NCBI GenBank assembly: GCA_034668525.1
Contig: JAXDPC010000260.1
Span: forward strand, 1-41,926
Length of the DNA stretch: 41,926 bases
Direction: 5' to 3'
Source: Sphingomonadales bacterium
GTDB lineage: Bacteria; Pseudomonadota; Alphaproteobacteria; Sphingomonadales; Sphingomonadaceae
Below the pieces are notes generated by a model. That model was given only the letters and a program-made list of their open reading frames with translations, was not told the origin of the DNA and did not search any database. Position numbers and translations under genes: made by a program. The number at the start of each line of letters is the position of its first letter. The stretch's first letter is position 1. Shown here piece after piece: positions 1 to 8,146 of this stretch.

Positions 1-1
1 C

Positions 2-1258
2 GACACCCACCCCTTCGACGGCAGCCGCCATCCTTACGCCCTCGACGTCCCGAACAATGGCGTCGACGAGGATGGATATGCCGGCGATCTCGTCCTCGGC
101 CAGGCCGCGCCTCCGCCGCCCGCCGCGGTGCGGATAGCCGGGGAGCGGCCGCACGTTATCCTCGTCGTCCTCGAATCGACCCGCGGCGATGCACTCGGCC
201 GCCGCGTCGCCGGCATCCCCGTCGTCCCCAATCTGGAAGCCCTGGCCGCGCGGGGGACGTCGGTGCCCGCCGCCTACAGCCATGTCGGCTTCACCCGCGA
301 TTCGATGCAGACCCTGTTCACCGGCCGCCTCGCGCCGCGCGGCCCGCGCGGCTCGCTGTTCGAGGAATTCGGGTCCAACGGCTATCGGACCAGCGTCTTT
401 TCCGCCCAGGCAGAGGATTTCGGCGGCATCGCCGACACGGTCGGCATGCATCGCGCCGACATCTATGTCGACGCGGCGGTGCTCCGCGAGGAGCGCGCCT
501 ACAGCCTCGGCTCGGTCAGCTCACTGAGCCTCGACGGACGGCTGCTGCTGCGCGAGTTCGACCGCCGCCTCGGCCGGGCGGACGCGTGGCGGCGGCCCAA
601 CTTCGTCTATTTCAACCTGCAGTCGGCCCATTTCCCTTATTCGTTCGACGGAATGGAGCGGGTCCTGCCCGGCGCCGCCATCCCCCGCGGCGAGATCCGG
701 CTCGCAAACAAGGCGTGGCTCGAGCGCACCTATTGGAATGCGGTGGCCTATAACGACCGGCTGCTCGGCCGGATCGTCGCGCGGCTGCAGCGCCTCGGGG
801 TCTGGGAGCACAGCCTGGTGGTCGTCACCGGTGACCATGGCGAATCCCTGTTCGACGACGGCTTCCTCGGCCACGGCCACATGATCAACCGCCAGCAGAC
901 CCACATCCCGTTCGTGATCAACCGCCGCGTGGCGCTACGGGGACCGGTCGGTCTCGCCGACATGCGCGGCATCATCCTCCGCGCCGCCGGGGCGGACGTG
1001 CCGACCGACGCGGCGGCGACGCTGGGCCGGGTGTTCCAGTTCATCGGCACGCTGGAGCGGCCGAGCTCGATCGGCCTCGTCGACGGCGCCGGCCGCTGGA
1101 CGATCTTCAGCTTCGACCGCGAGGCGCTGTGGACCAGCCGCAGCGGCGCCTGGCGCGACTATCGCGCACTTGCCCCCGGCAGCGCCGGACGCGCCGAGGC
1201 CGACGCGCTGATCCGCGAATGGGGCCGGCAGCGCTGGCTCAACCGCCAGGGCGGCTGA
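2..1258 (+). CDS. Sulfatase/alkaline-phosphatase-superfamily (LTA-synthase-like) hydrolase/transferase, 5'-truncated by the window edge
   Basis: The frame is open from position 2 (DTHPFDGSRHPYALDVPNNGVDEDG...). Motifs: HVILVVLESTRGD, QSAHFPY, YWNAVAYND, VVVTGDHGESL, GHG, THIPFVI. Confidence 0.8.
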   Translation, partial: DTHPFDGSRHPYALDVPNNGVDEDGYAGDLVLGQAAPPPPAAVRIAGERPHVILVVLESTRGDALGRRVAGIPVVPNLEALAARGTSVPAAYSHVGFTRDSMQTLFTGRLAPRGPRGSLFEEFGSNGYRTSVFSAQAEDFGGIADTVGMHRADIYVDAAVLREERAYSLGSVSSLSLDGRLLLREFDRRLGRADAWRRPNFVYFNLQSAHFPYSFDGMERVLPGAAIPRGEIRLANKAWLERTYWNAVAYNDRLLGRIVARLQRLGVWEHSLVVVTGDHGESLFDDGFLGHGHMINRQQTHIPFVINRRVALRGPVGLADMRGIILRAAGADVPTDAAATLGRVFQFIGTLERPSSIGLVDGAGRWTIFSFDREALWTSRSGAWRDYRALAPGSAGRAEADALIREWGRQRWLNRQGG

Positions 1259-1261
1259 TCC

Positions 1262-1462
1262 TTATTCCTTCGCCGGCGTGTCGATCTTGATGTCGGCATC
1301 GACCTTCTGGGTGTCGCTGCCGTTCAGGAGATTGCGCCCGAAGAGCAGGAACAGGACGACCAGCAACGCGATCAGCAGCACCACCGCGAGCAGGGTGCCG
1401 CCGCCGCCGCGCGGCTCGCCGCCATCGGTGGTGACGATCGTCTCTCTCTCACGCTCGACCAT
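1262..1462 (-). CDS. Small single-pass membrane protein, hypothetical
   Basis: ATG at 1462 with GAGGAG RBS upstream; one hydrophobic helix (LLAVVLLIALLVVLFLLFG); C-terminal DADIKIDTP. Confidence 0.65.
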   Translation of the reverse strand: MVERERETIVTTDGGEPRGGGGTLLAVVLLIALLVVLFLLFGRNLLNGSDTQKVDADIKIDTPAKE

Positions 1463-1581
1463 GAACTGCACTCCTCATTGTTCTGGCAGCGTAACGCCGC
1501 GCCCTTGCGCCTGTTCCGCTTGGCTTGCGAGTCCCGGCCGGCTCGCCCAATGAGGCCAAGGCAGGCTCGGGAGGCGCATTC

Positions 1582-2313
1582 GTGACCAGGATCGGCATCA
1601 TCGGCGCAGCCGGGAGGATGGGCCGCGCTGTCGCGGCAGAGCTGGCCGAGGCGGGCGAGGCCGAGCTCGCCGGCGGAGCGGACGAAGGCGACGATGTCGC
1701 CGCGCTCGCCCGCGCAAGCGATGTCCTGGTCGACTTTTCGGCGCCTGCGGCGCTCGAAGGCAACCTCGCGGCGGCGGCCGGCGCAGGCGTCGGGATCGTG
1801 GTCGGCACCACCGGCCTCGGCGGCGGCCACCAGGACCTGATCGACGACGCGGCCACCCGCATTCCCGTCCTGCAGAGCGCCAACATGTCGCTCGGCGTGA
1901 ACCTGCTCGCTTATCTGGTGCGCGCGGCGGCGGCGCGGCTGGGGCCGGATTGGGACGTCGAGATCCTCGAGATGCACCATCGCGCCAAGGTCGACGCGCC
2001 CTCGGGGACGGCCCTCCTCCTCGGACGGGCCGCCGCCGAGGGCCGCGCCGTCGATCTCGACACGGTCGGCGACCGGGGCCGCGACGGAATCACCGGCGCA
2101 CGCGCAACGGGGCATATCGGCTTCGCCTCGCTGCGCGGCGGCTCGGTCGCCGGCGACCACCAGGTGATCCTCGCCGCGGACGGCGAGCGGATCGAGCTCG
2201 GCCACCGCGCCGAAAGCCGGGCCATCTTCGCCCGCGGCGCCGTCCAGGCGGCGCTGTGGCTCGCCGGCAAGCCGGCCGGCCGCTACGCGATGGAAGACGT
2301 GCTGGGGCTATGA
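1582..2313 (+). CDS. dapB: 4-hydroxy-tetrahydrodipicolinate reductase
   Basis: GTG start with GGAGG RBS. Motifs: GAAGRMG, VDFS, VGTTG, SANMSLGVN, EMHHRAKVDAPSGTA, SLRGG, FARGA. Confidence 0.96.
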   Translation: MTRIGIIGAAGRMGRAVAAELAEAGEAELAGGADEGDDVAALARASDVLVDFSAPAALEGNLAAAAGAGVGIVVGTTGLGGGHQDLIDDAATRIPVLQSANMSLGVNLLAYLVRAAAARLGPDWDVEILEMHHRAKVDAPSGTALLLGRAAAEGRAVDLDTVGDRGRDGITGARATGHIGFASLRGGSVAGDHQVILAADGERIELGHRAESRAIFARGAVQAALWLAGKPAGRYAMEDVLGL

Positions 2314-2996
2314 AGCCGGCCGAGGTCGCCGAATTCTACCGCCGCCTCGCCGAGCGTACGCCCAACCCGGAGACGGAGCTCAGATATTCCAACGACTACA
2401 CCCTGCTCGTCGCGGTCGTCCTCTCCGCCCAGGCGACGGACGCCAGCGTCAACCTCGCGACGCGCGACCTGTTCGCTCGCGTCACCACCCCCCAGCAGAT
2501 GGTCGCGCTCGGCGAGGAGCGGCTGAAGGCGGCGATCAAGACGATCGGCCTGTTCAACACCAAGGCGAAGAACGTCATCGCGCTCAGCCACGCGCTGATC
2601 GAGCGCCACGGCGGCGAGGTCCCCGGCGACCGCGACGCCCTCCAGGCCCTGCCCGGAGTCGGCCGCAAGACCGCCAATGTGGTGATGAACTGCGCGTTCG
2701 GCGCGGAGACCTTCGCGGTGGACACCCATGTCTTCCGGGTCTCCAACCGCACCGGCCTCGCGCCCGGGGCGAATGTCGACGAGGTGGAGCGCAGGCTCGA
2801 CCGGGTCACGCCGCCGCCCTACCGGCGCGACGCGCACCATCTGCTGATCCTCCACGGCCGCTACGTCTGCAAGGCGCGCCTGCCGGAATGCTGGCGCTGT
2901 GTCGTCGCCGACATCTGCCGCTACCGCCCGAAGACGCCGCCGCCGGGCAGCAAAGCGCCCATTCGCGCGTTGAAGCCCGGGAGGACAAAGCCATGA
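2310..2996 (+). CDS. nth: Endonuclease III
   Basis: ATGA overlap with dapB. Motifs: LLVAVVLSAQATD, HhH LPGVGRKTANVV, AVDTHVFRV, 4Fe-4S motif CKARLPECWRCVVADIC. Confidence 0.96.
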   Translation: MKPAEVAEFYRRLAERTPNPETELRYSNDYTLLVAVVLSAQATDASVNLATRDLFARVTTPQQMVALGEERLKAAIKTIGLFNTKAKNVIALSHALIERHGGEVPGDRDALQALPGVGRKTANVVMNCAFGAETFAVDTHVFRVSNRTGLAPGANVDEVERRLDRVTPPPYRRDAHHLLILHGRYVCKARLPECWRCVVADICRYRPKTPPPGSKAPIRALKPGRTKP

Positions 2997-3385
2997 CCCG
3001 CACCCTCGCCGCCGCCGCCTGCGCCCTGCTCGCCGCCTGCACCGGCCGGGACGGCCTCACGCCGCGACGGCAAGCGCACAATTGGGCGCTGGAAAATGCC
3101 CGCCCGGCCGGGGAACCGGAGGACTGCGTCGTCCGCCGCAACATCCGCGACACCGTCGTGCTCGACGACCGCACCATCGACTTCCACATGGCCGGCGGGC
3201 GCATCCTCAGGAACCGGCTGCCTCATGCCTGCCCCGGCCTCGGCTTCGACGAAGGCTTTTCCTACCGCACTTCGCTCGACCGGCTCTGCTCGGTCGATAC
3301 CATCACCGTCCGGCGCGGCGGCGGGCCGCCCGGGCCGACCTGCGGTCTCGGCCGCTTCGAGCCGGTCGAGATCGCGCCGCGATAG
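2993..3385 (+). CDS. Small Cys-containing lipoprotein (DUF6491-like)
   Basis: ATGA overlap with nth; lipobox LLAAC; pattern C..DDRTIDF..NRL...CPGL...LC..D.I...GPTCGLGRF, shared with the CDS at 25067. Confidence 0.7.
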   Translation: MTRTLAAAACALLAACTGRDGLTPRRQAHNWALENARPAGEPEDCVVRRNIRDTVVLDDRTIDFHMAGGRILRNRLPHACPGLGFDEGFSYRTSLDRLCSVDTITVRRGGGPPGPTCGLGRFEPVEIAPR

Positions 3386-3434
3386 GCTCTGGCTCCCTTG
3401 CCGCCGCTTTGCTAAGCGCCCATCTCGCGGCCAG

Positions 3435-3511
<77 letters not shown>

Positions 3512-3525
3512 GCGTCACCAGCCTA

Positions 3526-5220
3526 TCACCGGACCACGCGCCGCCCCTCGAGCTGCCGCCCTCCCTGGTGGATGACGAAGCGGTCCGCCCGGCCGTTTTC
3601 AGGGTGGAAGACGATCGTCGCGCCGACGCCCTGGACCTCGAACTCGGTGTCCGACCGGGCCCGGAGCGGGATTGCCGGCTGGCCCTCGAGCTGGATCGTC
3701 AGCAGGCCGTCGGCACCCATCGCGATTTCGGCGGCGGGGCCTTCGGTCGTGTAGCGGCCGACATAGGTTTCCAGGATCGCACGGCCGACCCGCACCGCCG
3801 CCGCTTCGGCCGCCGCGTCCCCGGTGCGGGTCGACAGCTCGGCCGCGTCCTCGCCGCCCTGGTGCATCTCCATGACGTGCGCGCCGTCCGGCCGCCGCTG
3901 GATGCGGAACCAGTTGAAGCTGTCGGGATAGAAGAAATGATCGTCGCCGGCGGCGAGCACCTCGCGCTCGGGCGAGCCGTCGTCGCGCATGGTGTAGAGC
4001 TTGCCATCACGCGCGAAGAAGCGGCGGTTCGCGCCGGTTTCCCCGATCCGGTAGAAGCCGAACAGCGGCGCCAGCGTCCCGGGATCGACCTCGGCGCGGG
4101 TGAAGGCGCGATAGGGCCGGCCGATCGCAAGCGCCGCGAGCCGCCTGGCGACGAGGCTCGGCGCCGTCGCCGGCGCGTCGCTGTTGGCGAGCACGGCGAC
4201 GAACACGTCCTCCGAGGGGATGTAGATGCTCTCCGTGTTGAAGCCGAAGATGGCGCCGCCATGCTCGATCGTCTCGCGCCCGCGCAGCCGGTCGAAGCGG
4301 ACGACGAAGCCGTAGGGATAGGTTCGGCCCCCGGACAGGCTCGCCGGCGCGGTCATGGCCGCGTAGAGCTGCGGGCTCAGCACCCGTCCGCCGTGGAGCG
4401 CGTGCGCCCACCGCGCGAGGTCGCCGACCGAGCCGACCAGGCCCCCGGCGCCGTGCGGCACGCTCATATGGATGCGCGGCGCCGGCACGACGCGACCATC
4501 GGCCACCGTATAGCCGCGCGCCATGCGCCGTCCGGATTCACGCTCGGCGCCGTAGCCGATGGACCGGATCCCCAGCCGCCCCGCCATGCGCTCGACCGCG
4601 CGATACCAGGGCCTGCCGGTGACCTGCTCGATGATCGCGCCGAGCAGGACGTAGCCCGAATTGTTGTAGGCCCAGGCCTCTCCGGGCGGCGTCCGCGGCG
4701 GCAGGTCGCGGACGAGCGCCATCATCTCTGCGGTGCTGTGCGGGCGGGCGGTATTGGCCTCGACCATCCAGCCGGGGATGGCGGTGTAGGACTGGATGCC
4801 CGACGTGTGATTGAGGAGCTGGCGCACCGTGACCGAGGCGGCCGGCTGCGGATAATCGGGGAAGAAACGCGAGATCGGATCGTCCAGCGATATCCGCCCC
4901 TGCTCGACGAGCTGGAGGATGGCCGCCGCGGTGAACTGCTTGGTGATCGAGCCGAAGCGGAACACAGTCTGCGGCCCGATCGGCGTCCGCGCCTCGCCGT
5001 CGGCGAGGCCGCGGCCTGCCGTGTACAGCGTGCGCCCACCCCGCGTGATGACGACGACGGCGCCCGGGCCGTCGGCGGGATAGGATGCCCGGAGGATCTC
5101 GTCCGCCCTCGCCCGCAGGTCGGCGGGCTGGGCCAGGACGGGTCCGGCGCCGAGGAAGGCCGTAAAGAGAGCGGCGAGACCGGCCAGCAGCCTGATCGTC
5201 AACGTGCGTGTCATTTCCAT
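3526..5220 (-). CDS. Exported serine hydrolase, beta-lactamase/class C (S12) family, with C-terminal DUF3471-like domains
   Basis: Signal peptide (...GPVLA); SxxK (FGSITKQF), LLNHTSG, YxN (YNNSGY), HGG triad; C-terminal LETYVGRY-type domain. Confidence 0.9.
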   Translation of the reverse strand: MEMTRTLTIRLLAGLAALFTAFLGAGPVLAQPADLRARADEILRASYPADGPGAVVVITRGGRTLYTAGRGLADGEARTPIGPQTVFRFGSITKQFTAAAILQLVEQGRISLDDPISRFFPDYPQPAASVTVRQLLNHTSGIQSYTAIPGWMVEANTARPHSTAEMMALVRDLPPRTPPGEAWAYNNSGYVLLGAIIEQVTGRPWYRAVERMAGRLGIRSIGYGAERESGRRMARGYTVADGRVVPAPRIHMSVPHGAGGLVGSVGDLARWAHALHGGRVLSPQLYAAMTAPASLSGGRTYPYGFVVRFDRLRGRETIEHGGAIFGFNTESIYIPSEDVFVAVLANSDAPATAPSLVARRLAALAIGRPYRAFTRAEVDPGTLAPLFGFYRIGETGANRRFFARDGKLYTMRDDGSPEREVLAAGDDHFFYPDSFNWFRIQRRPDGAHVMEMHQGGEDAAELSTRTGDAAAEAAAVRVGRAILETYVGRYTTEGPAAEIAMGADGLLTIQLEGQPAIPLRARSDTEFEVQGVGATIVFHPENGRADRFVIHQGGRQLEGRRVVR

Positions 5221-5229
5221 ATCTCCAAA

Positions 5230-5249
5230 TCTACTAAGCTCTTAGTAGA
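5230..5249. promoter_or_regulatory. BlaI-family operator (palindrome) upstream of the serine hydrolase
   Basis: TCTACTAAG-ct-CTTAGTAGA: 9-bp perfect inverted repeat with a TAC-N10-GTA core; the same core occurs upstream of the repressor gene. Confidence 0.8.
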
Positions 5250-5273
5250 AGATTGCAAAAAAGGGGATGGCGG

Positions 5274-6758
5274 TCATTGCGCCGCGAGGCTGTCGAGGCT
5301 CCACGCGCCGTCGTGCATTTCCGCCTCGACGGCGAACATCGCCCGTCCCCGAGGGCCGCCGAGCTCGATCTCGATATCGGCGTCGCCTTCGCTTCCGGTG
5401 AGGCGGACGTTGCCGTTGACCGGCCGCGACGTCGCGGCGGCCGGCGCTCCGACCCTGGCGACGACGTCGGGATGGCGCGCGATCAGCGCGACCAGCGCCC
5501 TGTGCTCGGGCATGTCGTTGACGTCCGGCAAAGCGGGCGGAGCCGGCGGCACGCCGAGCCGCGTGACTTCGGCGATCCAGCGGCGGACTCCGGCATCGAT
5601 CGGGCGGGCCTCGCCATTCTCGCTATAGGTCTCCGTCCGCCGGCCCTGCGCGTCGAGGCTGACGCGGTAGAAGCGCTGCCTGTCGATCCCGCTGGCGGTG
5701 ATCTGGCGATAATCGCCCGGGCGCAGCTCGCCCGCGGTCGAGGACTCGACCTGGAGATCGGGCATGCCGGCGACGCCGACCTGGGCGATCAGGACCAGCC
5801 CGGCGATGCTCAGGGCGCCGAGGCTGGCGAGCGCCCCCCAGCGTCCGCGCGACGGCGGTCCGGAGAGCAAGCGTGTGATCCGTTTCATGAGGGAACCTCC
5901 ATTGGCTGCAAGGGCGAGTCTGGGCGAGGGATGGCGGTCGCATTCGAGCGCCGCGAGGGCCTCGGCGAGGGCGATGGCGTCGCCGCAGGAGGCCACCGCG
6001 AGATCGTCGCAGGCATGCTCACGCTCCTGCCTGATCCGGCGGCCGAGCCACCAGATTGCGGGATGAAAGAAGAGCAGGCATTCGGCGACGCACTGAATGC
6101 CGTTCCAGAGCCAGTCCCGCCGCGCGATATGGGCGAGCTCGTGCGCGAGCAGCGCTTCGAGCTGCGCTGCCGGCGTCCGCGTCAGGAAGCCCAGCGGCAG
6201 CCAGATCGCCGGCCGCAGCAGCCGCGCCGCGAACGGCGTGACCACTTCCGCCGACAGGCGCACCGCGACCGAGCGGGCGATCCCCAACGCACGGCGGATT
6301 TCGTCCACCCGGCGAATCCATTCGGGTGGCAGCATCTCATGAGGGCGCCGCTCCATCCTGGTCAGGGCACGCAAGGCGGCGACATGGCGAACCAGCATCA
6401 GCATGACGCCGAGCACCCATGCCAGCACCACGAGCGGCGCTATCGCGGAGCTCTCCTGGACGAAGACGTTCGCCGCTGCGCTGAGATGCGGCGCCGTCAT
6501 CGCTGGCACGAGGCCGCCGCTCATCGATGCGCCAGGCTCGGCCCAGAAGCGGAGGAACTGGAAGGCGGGCACCAGCACCATCGCGAGCAGGAATGCCATT
6601 GCCACGGCGTGCCGGGCGCGGGCGCTGGCCCGGGCCATCGCCGTGAGCGCCAGGGCGCAAGCCAGGCCCAGCAGGCCATCCTGCCAGAGCGAATCGACGA
6701 GCGCCGAAGCCAGCGCGGGCGCAAATCCGTATTGGGCGGCGGATAAAGCCTCGGTCAC
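5274..6758 (-). CDS. M56-family (BlaR1/MecR1-like) membrane metallopeptidase antirepressor
   Basis: N-terminal TM helices; RPAIWLP, LLAHELAHIARRD (HExxH), FFHPAIWW, REHACDDLA, SLMKRITRLL; directly downstream of the BlaI-family gene with an overlapping start/stop. Confidence 0.92.
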   Translation of the reverse strand: MTEALSAAQYGFAPALASALVDSLWQDGLLGLACALALTAMARASARARHAVAMAFLLAMVLVPAFQFLRFWAEPGASMSGGLVPAMTAPHLSAAANVFVQESSAIAPLVVLAWVLGVMLMLVRHVAALRALTRMERRPHEMLPPEWIRRVDEIRRALGIARSVAVRLSAEVVTPFAARLLRPAIWLPLGFLTRTPAAQLEALLAHELAHIARRDWLWNGIQCVAECLLFFHPAIWWLGRRIRQEREHACDDLAVASCGDAIALAEALAALECDRHPSPRLALAANGGSLMKRITRLLSGPPSRGRWGALASLGALSIAGLVLIAQVGVAGMPDLQVESSTAGELRPGDYRQITASGIDRQRFYRVSLDAQGRRTETYSENGEARPIDAGVRRWIAEVTRLGVPPAPPALPDVNDMPEHRALVALIARHPDVVARVGAPAAATSRPVNGNVRLTGSEGDADIEIELGGPRGRAMFAVEAEMHDGAWSLDSLAAQ

Positions 6759-7144
6759 TTCCTGTCGCGCTTTGCTTTGGCCTCGGCGATCAGCTTCGCG
6801 ATGGCGTCCAGCTCGTCGGGGCTCGCCATCTCATCGTCGAGCGCGCGCTGCACCAAAGTCAGCGCCGATCCGGAAAAGGCGCGCCGCACCAGATCCTTGA
6901 GCAGCGAGGCCTGAACCACCGGCTCGGGCTGCGCGGGCCGATAGCTGTGGCTGCGCTCCGATTCGTCGCGGGCGACCAGCCCCTTCTCGGCCATGATCGT
7001 GAGCATCTTCAGCACCGTCGTGTAGGCGGTGTCCTTGCCGCGCGAGAGGATGCCGTGGACTTCGCGCACCGTCATCGGCGCCTTGCGCGCCCACAGCACG
7101 CGCAGGATCGCCAGCTCGCCTTCGGTCGGGTTCGGAGTGGACAT
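6755..7144 (-). CDS. BlaI/MecI/CopY-family transcriptional repressor
   Basis: PTEGELAILRVLW, TVREVH, AYTTVLKMLTIMAEKGLVAR, HSYRP, FSGSA: winged-helix penicillinase-repressor signature. Confidence 0.94.
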   Translation of the reverse strand: MSTPNPTEGELAILRVLWARKAPMTVREVHGILSRGKDTAYTTVLKMLTIMAEKGLVARDESERSHSYRPAQPEPVVQASLLKDLVRRAFSGSALTLVQRALDDEMASPDELDAIAKLIAEAKAKRDRK

Positions 7145-7163
7145 TCGCGCACCTTCTCTGATG

Positions 7164-7193
7164 TACGCCTGTCTTAGTACTAATAGATTAGTA
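7164..7193. promoter_or_regulatory. Tandem BlaI-family operators upstream of the repressor gene (autoregulation)
   Basis: TACTAAT-ag-ATTAGTA (7178-7193, perfect 7-bp arms) plus an overlapping imperfect TAC-GCCTGTCTTA-GTA (7164-7179). Confidence 0.75.
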
Positions 7194-8145
7194 GACCGTC
7201 AACCCCCATGCTGCGCAGCAGGGCCTCGCCGACCGCAGGGCGGAAATGGTCCCGATAGATCCACGCGTTTTCGGAGGCGGCCTCGGGGATGGGGATGCTC
7301 CCCGCCACGCCCGAAAAGTCGAGCAGGAGGATGCGGCATCGTTCGCCGGCCGCGGCGATTCGCCCGAGGTGCATGCGATAGGTGGCGACCCGCGTCCGCA
7401 CCCCCTCGCGCTCGCCTGCGCTGCCGAGCCGCTCCGGATCGAGCGGCGGCTCGTAGAGCAGGACCGTCGCCCCAGTCCGCGTACAGATTCGCGCCAGCCG
7501 CGCGAGCGCTTCGGGGAGATGGTCGCGCGGTGTTCCGCCCTCCGGGACGAATGCCGGAGTCGCGACGGGGCCCTTCCCTCTCGGCCCGGCCGGGACAACG
7601 ACATCGAGGAAGAAGTCGTCCCGCCCATGCTCATTCGAGCGGCCGAAGGCGTGGCCGAGGAGATGGAGCGAGACATGGGTCGTGCTGGTGGCGAGCAGAC
7701 GGTCGGCAGGTCCGGGCCAGGTCGCGGCGACCAGGCGGCGCCGGGCGGGTGGCAGAGCGAGGGCCTGGGGCAGCTCGATCAGCAAGGCGGCCGGAGGGAC
7801 GGGACGCGCTGCCGCGGCCTCGGCGACGCGCAGCACGTCATCCATCGTCGCCGCGGACTGGCCGGCATTGAAGATCCGGCGCGGATCCGTGCGGAAGCCC
7901 GCCTGGGTGCGCGACGTGCCGAGCAGCAGCACCGGCGCGGACGATCGCGCCACGGCATGGGCACGCGCGGCCGTCCCGGCGTCCGGAACGCGGTCGGCGA
8001 CGTCGTCGTGCGCCGGAGCGCGCAGCCGGGTCGAGCTGCCGACGCCCGCGGAATAGGGGTCCATGGCGAGGTTGAGGGCGGCGACTGCGCCCAGCAGGGC
8101 TGCCGCCGTCCCTACCGCCAGAGCGACATAGAGCGGGGCGCGCAC
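7180..8145 (-). CDS. Membrane-anchored SGNH-like protein (DltD/AlgJ-type MBOAT partner)
   Basis: N-terminal TM anchor ending NLAMDPY; LLLGTSR (block I Ser), IFNAG, C-terminal WIYRDHF (His); starts 1 nt after the MBOAT stop. Confidence 0.65.
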   Translation of the reverse strand: MRAPLYVALAVGTAAALLGAVAALNLAMDPYSAGVGSSTRLRAPAHDDVADRVPDAGTAARAHAVARSSAPVLLLGTSRTQAGFRTDPRRIFNAGQSAATMDDVLRVAEAAAARPVPPAALLIELPQALALPPARRRLVAATWPGPADRLLATSTTHVSLHLLGHAFGRSNEHGRDDFFLDVVVPAGPRGKGPVATPAFVPEGGTPRDHLPEALARLARICTRTGATVLLYEPPLDPERLGSAGEREGVRTRVATYRMHLGRIAAAGERCRILLLDFSGVAGSIPIPEAASENAWIYRDHFRPAVGEALLRSMGVDGLLIY

Positions 8146-8146
8146 C

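Noticed and set aside
1441-1450. (TC)5 dinucleotide run as a phase-variation tract
   Set aside because: It is short and simply encodes Glu-Arg repeats in a small protein.
3568-5628. Long antisense or alternative-frame ORFs (e.g. 3568-5628 +, 5253-6746 +, 17100-18425 +, 19570-21156 -, 27565-29289 -)
   Set aside because: These are shadow ORFs typical of high-GC DNA. They overlap well-supported genes and have no recognisable motifs.
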